Of a stretch of DNA of 35,263 nt, positions 27,380 to 34,592 are shown piece after piece (position 1 is the stretch's first letter; each line of letters opens with the position of its first letter). The stretch comes from a virus (lineage: Duplodnaviria; Caudoviricetes), in the IMG/VR virus record IMGVR_UViG_3300027373_000012, positions 1 through 35,263 of that record, one strand, 5' to 3'. The notes beneath the pieces were generated by a model that did not search any database, had not been told where the DNA came from, and saw only the letters and a program-made list of their open reading frames with translations. Position numbers and translations under genes: made by a program.

Positions 27380-27940
27380 ATGGACCCCTTATATAAGAAG
27401 GTTCTCGGAGGGGCGGCATTGGCTGCCCTTCTTCTTTTTGGAGGATACGCAGGGTGGAACTTGTGGAACCGTTTTAAGCCTGTTGCCCCTTCAGTTTCAT
27501 CTTGGGTGGCACCACCAGCTGCTGTGACCGCTACTGAGGTTATCAAGAAGGGACCGCTTACGGTTGTCACTCTGGACAAAGCTGAAGTCTCCAAGAAGCT
27601 GAAGCTACCGGATAACATCACCAAGCAGCCTGCAGTGGAAATTATAGGCACAGCTAAGGCTGTTGGGCTTGATGACACATTCTCAGTAGTCTCCTTCATG
27701 AACATGAGTACAGGTAGATCTGGGATCATCACCAGGGCCGAACCTAAGCCGTTCCTGCGGTTTGAGAATAAGCGGGAACTGGGTGTCCGGTATGACCTGC
27801 TTAAACTGGATAGCCCCGTTCCTACTACGGTTTATGGTAGGTGGAAGTTTGCCGGTGTGGGTCCGGTTGATGTTGGGGTTTACGGTGAGCTTACCAATGG
27901 TAAATCTAAAGTTATGCTAGAGGGTTCGGCATCTTTCTAG
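27380..27940 (+). CDS. Membrane-anchored protein, candidate spanin-like lysis factor
   Basis: ATG 27380 after AAGGAAGGA; KK followed by a hydrophobic anchor, Pro-containing linker, and a beta-strand C-terminus ending in F. Confidence 0.6.
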   Translation: MDPLYKKVLGGAALAALLLFGGYAGWNLWNRFKPVAPSVSSWVAPPAAVTATEVIKKGPLTVVTLDKAEVSKKLKLPDNITKQPAVEIIGTAKAVGLDDTFSVVSFMNMSTGRSGIITRAEPKPFLRFENKRELGVRYDLLKLDSPVPTTVYGRWKFAGVGPVDVGVYGELTNGKSKVMLEGSASF

Positions 27941-27963
27941 CTGAAAGGATTGAACTTTAATAA

Positions 27964-28161
27964 ATGGATACCCTGATGAGTATGTTTCAGCTGTTAGGCA
28001 CCGTTGCGTCTGGTCTAGCGGCTTACCTTATGAAGGCTACCAAAGATGAGATCTCCTCACTGAGGGGTGACCTGCGGGATGAACGGGATGCAAGGGGAAA
28101 CATTGAAACCAAACTGGCCGCGCATGTGGCTATGTGCGCAGAACGTCATAGTAAGGAGTAA
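27964..28161 (+). CDS. Small protein with an N-terminal hydrophobic helix and a coiled coil
   Basis: 65 aa; possible lysis accessory or holin-like protein. Confidence 0.6.
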   Translation: MDTLMSMFQLLGTVASGLAAYLMKATKDEISSLRGDLRDERDARGNIETKLAAHVAMCAERHSKE

Positions 28162-28166
28162 CCATA

Positions 28167-28424
28167 ATGGCTGTTGATCGTTTTAAACGTAAGGTAGCTC
28201 TTGAGGATAAGCTGTTTGTTCTGATGGAGAAGACCGTTGAGCTACTGACTACACGTGTGGAAAGTGGTGAGTGTTCGGCTGCTGACCTTCAGGTTGTAAC
28301 CGGATTGCTGAAACACAACAAGGTTGACCTGGAGTTTGCCGGTAACAAAGGTAATGACCCTGACTTGCCCGCTGAGGATGAACTGCCGTTCACTGAAGGG
28401 CCTCTGGTGTCATGCGAACCATAG
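28167..28424 (+). CDS. Terminase small subunit (T7 gp18-like)
   Basis: LL.RVESGECSAADLQVVTGLLKHNKV and C-terminal ELPF; upstream of the large subunit; RBS AAGGAG. Confidence 0.8.
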   Translation: MAVDRFKRKVALEDKLFVLMEKTVELLTTRVESGECSAADLQVVTGLLKHNKVDLEFAGNKGNDPDLPAEDELPFTEGPLVSCEP

Positions 28425-28951
28425 TTGTCAACCTGTTCGCTGGTCCTGGAGCGGGCAAGTCCACACTGGCGGCTGGTGTCTTCCATAGGTTGAAACTTGA
28501 GGGTATCAACTGTGAGCTAGTTACCGAGTATGCCAAGGACTTAACCTGGGAGGGACGTACTGATTTACTTCAGCGAAATCAGGTTCTGGTATTGGGGGAA
28601 CAGTATGAACGGCTTTCACGGCTGGTTGGTAAGGTGGATGTAATTGTAACTGACTCACCACTACTCATGTCCAAGGTATACAGCTTACAGTTAAACGCAC
28701 TGGATGCCCTAGTGGATGAGCTGTGGGGTCAGTTTGATAACATCAACTTCGTTGTCACACGTACCAAGCCTTATAACCCTGTAGGTAGGAACCAGAGTTT
28801 ACCTGAAGCTCTCCTGTTGGATGGTCATATCACAGACATGCTGGATGCTTGTGGTGCTGCCTATGAGTCTGTGTGCTGCGATCAGGTGGATATAGTTGCA
28901 CGTGATGCTAAGTTACGCATGATGGCAAACAGTAAAGGCTTCACAGGATGA
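28412..28951 (+). CDS. P-loop NTPase / kinase (NadR/Ttd14 AAA-like)
   Basis: VNLFAGPGAGKST, ELVTEYAKDLTW, VDVIVTDSPLL, YNPVGRNQ. Confidence 0.8.
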   Translation: MRTIVVNLFAGPGAGKSTLAAGVFHRLKLEGINCELVTEYAKDLTWEGRTDLLQRNQVLVLGEQYERLSRLVGKVDVIVTDSPLLMSKVYSLQLNALDALVDELWGQFDNINFVVTRTKPYNPVGRNQSLPEALLLDGHITDMLDACGAAYESVCCDQVDIVARDAKLRMMANSKGFTG

Positions 28952-29048
28952 GCAGGAGCCTCTACAAGGCACTTTTAGGTCTTACCTACTACCTTTGTAT
29001 TGGTTCTGGGTTAAATGACCTGTAAACGCTTTGTAGGCCCTCACAAAT

Positions 29049-30740
29049 TTGAATACAGCTAATACCCCTAAGAAGACCAGGGAGCAACTACTAGCAGCAG
29101 ACTTTAAGAACTTTCTGTTTGCAGTGTGGCGTTTCCTTGGCCTTCCTCCCCCAACACCCATTCAGTACGAAATAGCGGATTGGCTGCAGTCTGGGCCACG
29201 CCGTAAGATGGTTCAGGCTTTCCGAGGGGAAGGGAAGTCTTGGATTACCTCAGCCTATGTCCTGTGGGTACTCAGGTACAAGAACAGGAACTTCAAGTTT
29301 GAAATTGTGTCAGCTTCTAAGGCGCGTGCTGATGACTTCACCACGTTCACCAAGCGGCTGATAGCTGAAATGCCTGAGCTTAAGTGTCTCAAGCCTAAGA
29401 ATGATCAGCGTGACTCTATGGTTGCCTTTGATGTGGCCGGTTGTACAGCTGCTCACGCCCCTTCAGTTAAGTCTGTGGGTATCTTCGGTCAGCTTACAGG
29501 GTCCCGTGCAGATGAACTGATTGCTGATGACATTGAGGTAGCACAGAACTCGGCCACGCAAGATGCCCGTGAGAAGCTGGAGAAGGCTACCAATGAGTTT
29601 GAGGCTATCATTGTACCTGGGGGTAAGATTACCTACCTAGGCACGCCTCAATCAGAAGAGTCTGTCTATAACAAGCTCCCACCTAAAGGGTATCACATAC
29701 GTATCTGGCCAGCCAGGGTTCCTAAAGAGTCCCAAGCAGCTAAGTATAATGGTGAGTTGGCACCCTCTGTGCGGGCTTTGATGGAGCAACTGAAGAGCGG
29801 CATACCCACAGACCCTACACGGTTCACTGATATTGACCTGATGGAACGGGAAATGTCTTACGGGAAGGCTGGGTGGTTACTTCAGTTCATGCTGGATACC
29901 TCACTGGCCGATGCTGAAAGATACCCCCTCAAGACTGCTGACCTGATTGTAATGAATCTGCTACCAGACAAGGCTCCAATATCCGTTTCATACGGTGCAT
30001 CCCCTGAGTTGCAGATTAAGGACTTGGCTAATGTTGGTTTCTCAGGTGACAGATATTACAGGCCAATGTTTGTGGACAAGGAGTGGGCACCTTATGAGGG
30101 TTCGGTCATGTTCATTGACCCTTCAGGACGCGGTAAGGATGAGACCGGATACGCTGTTGTGAAGCAGCTACACGGTAAACTCTATGCTACAGCTGTGGGT
30201 GGTATGAAGGGTGGATATGATGATGATACCTTGGTGGCTCTGGCTAGGATCGCTAAGGAACAGCTGGTAAACCTGATCATCATTGAACCTAACTTTGGTG
30301 ATGGTATGTTCCTGAAGCTGTTTACCACAGTACTCAGGACCATTTATCCATGTACCTGTGAGGATGCCAAACGTGCAATGGCCCAAAAAGAGAAGCGTAT
30401 CATTGATACCTTGGAACCGTTGCTCAATAAACATAAGCTGGTAGTGTGCCGTACAGTCATTGAAGCTGATCTGAAGACTATTGAGGATGACCCTAAGTAT
30501 TCCCTGATGTATCAACTGACTCATATCACCAAGGATCGGGGGGCACTCAAGCATGATGACCGCTTAGATGCTCTTGCAGGGGCTGTGGCCTACTGGCTGG
30601 ATAGCATGTCCAAGGATGAAGAGGAGTCTAAGGATACCTTCAAGGAGGCACAGTTGGATGCTGCTCTGGGTCAATTCATGGAACACTGTGTAAATGGCCT
30701 TTTTGGAAGTAGTAAAAACGGTCTTAACTGGTTAAGATAA
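29049..30740 (+). CDS. Terminase large subunit (T7 gp19-like)
   Basis: QAFRGEGKSWIT, GQLTGSRAD.LIADDIEV, YLGTPQ, IDPSGRGKDETGY, EPNFGDGMF, HDDRLDALAGAV. Confidence 0.97.
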   Translation: MNTANTPKKTREQLLAADFKNFLFAVWRFLGLPPPTPIQYEIADWLQSGPRRKMVQAFRGEGKSWITSAYVLWVLRYKNRNFKFEIVSASKARADDFTTFTKRLIAEMPELKCLKPKNDQRDSMVAFDVAGCTAAHAPSVKSVGIFGQLTGSRADELIADDIEVAQNSATQDAREKLEKATNEFEAIIVPGGKITYLGTPQSEESVYNKLPPKGYHIRIWPARVPKESQAAKYNGELAPSVRALMEQLKSGIPTDPTRFTDIDLMEREMSYGKAGWLLQFMLDTSLADAERYPLKTADLIVMNLLPDKAPISVSYGASPELQIKDLANVGFSGDRYYRPMFVDKEWAPYEGSVMFIDPSGRGKDETGYAVVKQLHGKLYATAVGGMKGGYDDDTLVALARIAKEQLVNLIIIEPNFGDGMFLKLFTTVLRTIYPCTCEDAKRAMAQKEKRIIDTLEPLLNKHKLVVCRTVIEADLKTIEDDPKYSLMYQLTHITKDRGALKHDDRLDALAGAVAYWLDSMSKDEEESKDTFKEAQLDAALGQFMEHCVNGLFGSSKNGLNWLR

Positions 30741-30755
30741 CTGAGGAAAGTACCA

Positions 30756-30795
30756 CTTTTTACCGAATACCTGCCCACTTTAGGAGAAAGAAGAA
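30756..30795 (+). promoter_or_regulatory. Putative phage RNA polymerase promoter at the right end (phiOR-like position)
   Basis: 39/40 identical to 9740-9779; immediately after the terminase large subunit. Confidence 0.8.
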
Positions 30796-30815
30796 GGTTG
30801 GTATAGAGAGTATAT

Positions 30816-30872
30816 AACTAAAGGGTAACCTAAAGTTTAACTTAAGGGTGAACTTAAAGGGTAACTTAAGTG
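30816..30872 (+). repeat. Short degenerate repeats AAC(C/T)TAA(A)G, about five copies at 11-12 bp period
   Basis: aactaaagggt aacctaaagttt aacttaagggtg aacttaaagggt aacttaagtg; similar to the CCTAAAG short repeats near T7 genome ends. Confidence 0.7.
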
Positions 30873-30928
30873 TTGCCCTTCATCACCCTCCTCACTGATC
30901 AATACCACCCCAAGGGAGATACGTTAGA

Positions 30929-31120
30929 GTGTTTGTAGTTAAGTTCATTTATGATGGGTCAACCCTTTACGTTACAGCTAAGGGTGGACCTACAGAGCAT
31001 ATTGCTGGAGCCAAACGTTTCTCTGATAAAGATGAGGCTGAGCGAGTCATGGAGTCTTACCAGAGGAGTGCTATCTGGGGGGAATACGGTGGTCACGCTG
31101 TTGTTCCCCTGAAGGCTTGA
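30929..31120 (+). CDS. Hypothetical 63-aa protein
   Basis: GTG start after AAGGGAG. Confidence 0.6.
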   Translation: MFVVKFIYDGSTLYVTAKGGPTEHIAGAKRFSDKDEAERVMESYQRSAIWGEYGGHAVVPLKA

Positions 31121-31382
31121 CCTTATACCTCTCTTCCCTGGTTAGGTCATAGTACCTGATGAGTAAACGCTTAAGGCCCTCCTCATGTTCATCCACAGTA
31201 GCCTGTAGTGTTCTCAACTTCATATCCCTGTAGCTGTCCATTAGGGTTAGGTGCTGAACCCGATCCTCTAATGTCTTAACTTTGGTTACCAGCTCGGAGT
31301 AACTTAACTCAGCAGCCAACGACAGAGACACTGAGGTAGCAACGAGGGACATTGACAGGAGGAGAACTTTGAGTTTGGACAT
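31071..31382 (-). CDS. Putative secreted coiled-coil protein (103 aa), the only credible minus-strand gene
   Basis: ATG at 31382 after AAGGAA; MSKLKVLLLSMSLVATSVSLSLA signal-peptide-like start, then heptad-rich ELVTKVKTLEDRVQHL. Confidence 0.55.
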   Translation of the reverse strand: MSKLKVLLLSMSLVATSVSLSLAAELSYSELVTKVKTLEDRVQHLTLMDSYRDMKLRTLQATVDEHEEGLKRLLIRYYDLTREERYKVKPSGEQQRDHRIPPR

Positions 31383-31649
31383 GAGGGGTTCCTTAAGGGG
31401 CTTGTAATCAACACAACTGTGACTCTTTGACCAGAATACCACAAAAATGTGAAGAGGTATACGCTAGTGTCCCTGTTCGGTTTTACCCCCGTGGGGGGTC
31501 TCTTGAGGGTATGCCCTATGTGTTCAGCTCCTGGGGTACAATACACACATGACCTCTTCACGTTTGAGCGGGAGACATGCACTAAAGTAGACACATGCAG
31601 CTGTAACACACTGTAATAAAAACAATTACGCCGGATTGATAGTCTGGTG

Positions 31650-31835
31650 TGAGGGTATCTTGTGGTTTAACCTAGGGGTGCTTCCTATATATTGTATAGG
31701 GGGTGCCCCTATTTTTACTATATGTGGTATATGTAGTATGTGTGACCACTATATATTGTGTATGTTAAATATCATCTGTGCGTTTTGACACAACATATGG
31801 TATACCCTTTAGTTCCACCATACTACATCTTGTGG
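31650..31835. promoter_or_regulatory. Array of NrdR-box-like palindromes (five full, one half)
   Basis: 16-mers starting 31682 TTCCTATATATTGTAT, 31715 TTACTATATGTGGTAT, 31746 CCACTATATATTGTGT, 31788 ACACAACATATGGTAT, 31820 ATACTACATCTTGTGG, and half site 31650 (..ATCTTGTGG); compare consensus acaCwAtATaTwGtgt. Confidence 0.72.
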
Positions 31836-32007
31836 TTTCTCCCTTATCCCATTTCACTATTATCAATAGCTTTTCAGGGGTGACCACTTTGGTTGCTCCT
31901 GGCTGTAAATATTATGGGTGATACCTCCAGTTTAAACACAAAGCACCAGCCTATAGCCTTTCAACTCAACTCTTAACCCCAATCATTACTGAATGTTGTA
32001 ACATTGT

Positions 32008-32073
32008 TTCCCACATGGTAATTATTTTATTGACAAGCTGTACTAAAATCAATTATCGTTCCCACATGGTAAC
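32008..32073. promoter_or_regulatory. Two copies of a pseudo-palindromic operator TTCCCACATGGTAA flanking the early promoter
   Basis: Exact copies at 32008-32021 and 32059-32072; a third at 33585-33598. Confidence 0.75.
32030..32059 (+). promoter_or_regulatory. Host sigma70-type early promoter
   Basis: TTGACA at 32030-32035, TATCGT at 32054-32059 (18-bp spacer), AT-rich upstream sequence; precedes the early genes. Confidence 0.65.
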
Positions 32074-32104
32074 TAAATTATAGTTAAAAGGGAGGGCACA
32101 TACC

Positions 32105-32203
32105 ATGATCAAGGTTATTACCAAATTTGGCACCACAGACATTATTAAGACTGACTTACTTAAGCACTTCATCAAGACCGGTTATGTGGTTGCAGTAGCT
32201 TAA
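32105..32203 (+). CDS. First early gene, 32-aa peptide
   Basis: GGGAGG RBS; MIKVITKFGTTDIIKTDLLKHFIKTGYVVAVA*. Confidence 0.6.
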   Translation: MIKVITKFGTTDIIKTDLLKHFIKTGYVVAVA

Positions 32204-32233
32204 TACACTTTAGTTAAACGAAAGGGGCACATC

Positions 32234-32422
32234 ATGACACCATTGTACAGGGCCATAGTAGAAGTCAGAACTTACAGTGAGGGGGTGCTAGTACAAAAGC
32301 AAGCACACATACGTACTGTATACAGTAACAATACCCATCGGTTCGTAGTTCACAAGGGTAAGCGCGTTCAATTATTTGGTGGTACACGCACAACTGGATA
32401 TTGGGCCAGTATTTACAACTAA
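32234..32422 (+). CDS. Early hypothetical protein (62 aa)
   Basis: RBS AAGGGG; leader resembles that of 32105. Confidence 0.7.
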   Translation: MTPLYRAIVEVRTYSEGVLVQKQAHIRTVYSNNTHRFVVHKGKRVQLFGGTRTTGYWASIYN

Positions 32423-32439
32423 AGAGGAGGACTAACAAC

Positions 32440-32652
32440 ATGAAAACTATGTACATGGCAATAGATCAATATGGCACCACGCACCACGGACTTACTCACC
32501 CCGCAAAAGACCTATGCAATAAGTTAGGATACAGCAAGGCACGCCGTATGTTTATTGATGATCTAAACGGGAGTTCTTTCCATGTTGGGTACATTGTAGG
32601 GCCATTCTGGCTAACACTTTATGAAATAAAACCATATAGGAAGGGGGTTTAA
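32440..32652 (+). CDS. Early hypothetical protein (70 aa)
   Basis: ATG 32440 after GAGGAGG; MKTMYMAIDQYGTTHHGL...HVGYIVG. Confidence 0.75.
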   Translation: MKTMYMAIDQYGTTHHGLTHPAKDLCNKLGYSKARRMFIDDLNGSSFHVGYIVGPFWLTLYEIKPYRKGV

Positions 32653-32654
32653 TC

Positions 32655-33581
32655 ATGAAAACAGTATTTGACAATCGTATGGTTGCCCACTTGTTCGCTC
32701 ATCAGTCCCAAGAGTATGCCCGCAATGGTGGTGGTTCTTTCAGCTTCAGAGGTCAGGAGCTAATCAGCTACAACACAACCATAGGGTATCACTTTGGTAA
32801 CATGGTACTGCTATCAGCTGGTACTATGACACCTACCACAGGGAAACAACTCACATACACACTACAAGCCTGCAGACACCTGGACACGCTTTACGTACAC
32901 GGTCTTTTTGAATATGGTCACAGGCTCTATAGTCCAGACCTTGAGCAGATACAAAGGCGGCTAAACGCTGCATTTACTCAAAGGGTAGAACGTTTGCTTG
33001 GCACTTCAAAGAGATCTACACGTAAACGCCTGGACCTGCTGCATGAATTAAGGAGTATCCAGCGGGCTGTTGAAGTCCTTGAGCTTCAATACACAACTGA
33101 AAACCTTGAGCTGGTCCCTGTAATAAACGCAGCTCTTGAGGATGAAACGAACGCTTTGGATGAACTTAAGGCCAAACGTGATGCTGCAAGGCTAGTTGCC
33201 CTTGAGAAGCAACGTAAAGAGGACCTTGATAAGGTACAGCAGTGGCTCTCCGGCTTGCCGGTACAGTTCCCTAGATCCCACCAACAAGGGGGCTTTGCAT
33301 TGTTAAGAGTCAATGGGGATCTAGTACAAACATCATTGGGGGTAGAGGTGCCACTTTCCCATGCAATCAAAGCACTTAAGTTCTACCATGCAAAGGTTGA
33401 CACTGGTGTTTTACCTTGGTTCAAGAATGGGGAGACCTGCAGGGTAGGACACTTCCAGTTAGACAGTATTAGCACCACAGGCATTGTGAAAGCTGGTTGC
33501 CATACGATTACACCTGAAGAGATTGAACGTTTTGAACTGGTGCTTGCTTCAGTAGCATCTCCAGGACTTCTTGCGGCCTGA
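32655..33581 (+). CDS. Early hypothetical protein (308 aa)
   Basis: Long ORF with AAGGGGG RBS; globular N- and C-terminal parts joined by a helical segment. Confidence 0.85.
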   Translation: MKTVFDNRMVAHLFAHQSQEYARNGGGSFSFRGQELISYNTTIGYHFGNMVLLSAGTMTPTTGKQLTYTLQACRHLDTLYVHGLFEYGHRLYSPDLEQIQRRLNAAFTQRVERLLGTSKRSTRKRLDLLHELRSIQRAVEVLELQYTTENLELVPVINAALEDETNALDELKAKRDAARLVALEKQRKEDLDKVQQWLSGLPVQFPRSHQQGGFALLRVNGDLVQTSLGVEVPLSHAIKALKFYHAKVDTGVLPWFKNGETCRVGHFQLDSISTTGIVKAGCHTITPEEIERFELVLASVASPGLLAA

Positions 33582-33583
33582 TA

Positions 33584-33599
33584 GTTCCCACATGGTAAC
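33584..33599. promoter_or_regulatory. Third operator copy GTTCCCACATGGTAAC
   Basis: Exact 16-bp match to 32058-32073; intergenic. Confidence 0.72.
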
Positions 33600-33629
33600 C
33601 TTTACAATTAACGAAAAGGAGCGTACAAA

Positions 33630-34244
33630 ATGGAAACATACGAAGAAAGAATCTTAAGGCAACGTGAAGAGAAACTAGCAAAGGAACGTGCAAACCTCCA
33701 AACCGTCCAGGCTATAGCAGTGTTGATGGGCGGCTCTGTAGCGGCTCCACAGTGGGAACCTGATCACTGGACTATAGGGTACAACAACCAATTTACGGTT
33801 ATCCTTGAGGACCAAAAAGGTCTGAGCTTAGGCTTTGACACTTATGGCAGAAAGGACCGTGTTTGTATTTCAGGTGTTTATCCTAAAGGGACACACGGGC
33901 TAGCCTCTGCAATAACGGTTTCCACATCAAAAACACCTGAGCAGATAACCAAGGATATAACACGCCGGTTCATGCCTGAGTACGAAAGAACCCTAGTGGT
34001 AGCACTACAGGAGCAAGCTGAGCGGGATGACTACAAAAGCAGGACTGAGGGGTACAAAGATCAGCTCTGTAGTGTCCCAGGCGTCACCCGTAATACCTAC
34101 AATGAGGAGCTATCCGTTCGCTTGAGTGGTGGAAATTATGGTGCAATCAAGTGGGTAACAGGTGATGGCACCGCAAAACTTGAACTGTCAAGCCTGCCGG
34201 TCAGTAAGCTCCTTAAGGTTCTGGGGGTGCTGGGCAATGGCTAA
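33630..34244 (+). CDS. Early hypothetical protein (204 aa)
   Basis: AAGGAG RBS; long ORF. Confidence 0.8.
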   Translation: METYEERILRQREEKLAKERANLQTVQAIAVLMGGSVAAPQWEPDHWTIGYNNQFTVILEDQKGLSLGFDTYGRKDRVCISGVYPKGTHGLASAITVSTSKTPEQITKDITRRFMPEYERTLVVALQEQAERDDYKSRTEGYKDQLCSVPGVTRNTYNEELSVRLSGGNYGAIKWVTGDGTAKLELSSLPVSKLLKVLGVLGNG

Positions 34245-34339
34245 CAATATACAGAGTTTGACTATCGTTGGGGGCCTTTGTGCCCTCTACGGTCTTATCA
34301 ATAGTTTTTCGATTAAAGGGACTACAGAGGGCACTCATA

Positions 34340-34564
34340 ATGGAACAGGCAACAGTTTCAAGACTAATGGAGTTGTACCTTACACGTCCAGCGAGTTCGC
34401 AACTAATGGAAACACTGCTCTACAGGCTAGACTCATCCGAAAGCTACAACGTGAGGGTAGAAGCCGCAGCGTTCCTCCTGGCGGCAACCGTGGGATGGGT
34501 AGGGCATGAAGGCTTAGAGTTCAGAAGGACACTACAAAAGGCTTTGCAAACACTGACTGTATAA
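34340..34564 (+). CDS. Early hypothetical protein (74 aa)
   Basis: ATG 34340 preceded by GAGGGCAC, the same leader motif as the early genes at 32105 and 32234. Confidence 0.6.
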   Translation: MEQATVSRLMELYLTRPASSQLMETLLYRLDSSESYNVRVEAAAFLLAATVGWVGHEGLEFRRTLQKALQTLTV

Positions 34565-34592
34565 AACATTGAGTTAAACCACAAAGGAGGTT

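Noticed and set aside
27037-27732. 231-aa minus-strand ORF and other antisense ORFs (for example 7961-8521 and 30168-30554)
   Set aside because: They overlap well-supported plus-strand genes and have no motifs.
31785-31815. TTGACA inside the NrdR-like array as a sigma70 promoter
   Set aside because: No convincing -10 element at 16-18 bp; left uncalled, although weak activity cannot be excluded.
32105-32203. Resemblance of the 32-aa peptide to small Geobacter-type proteins as a host clue
   Set aside because: Too short and based only on recollection; the host cannot be assigned from this window.
34162-34509. 115-aa plus-strand ORF
   Set aside because: Overlaps the 34340 ORF, which has the shared early leader, and runs through a hairpin region; less likely to be the real gene, though not excluded.
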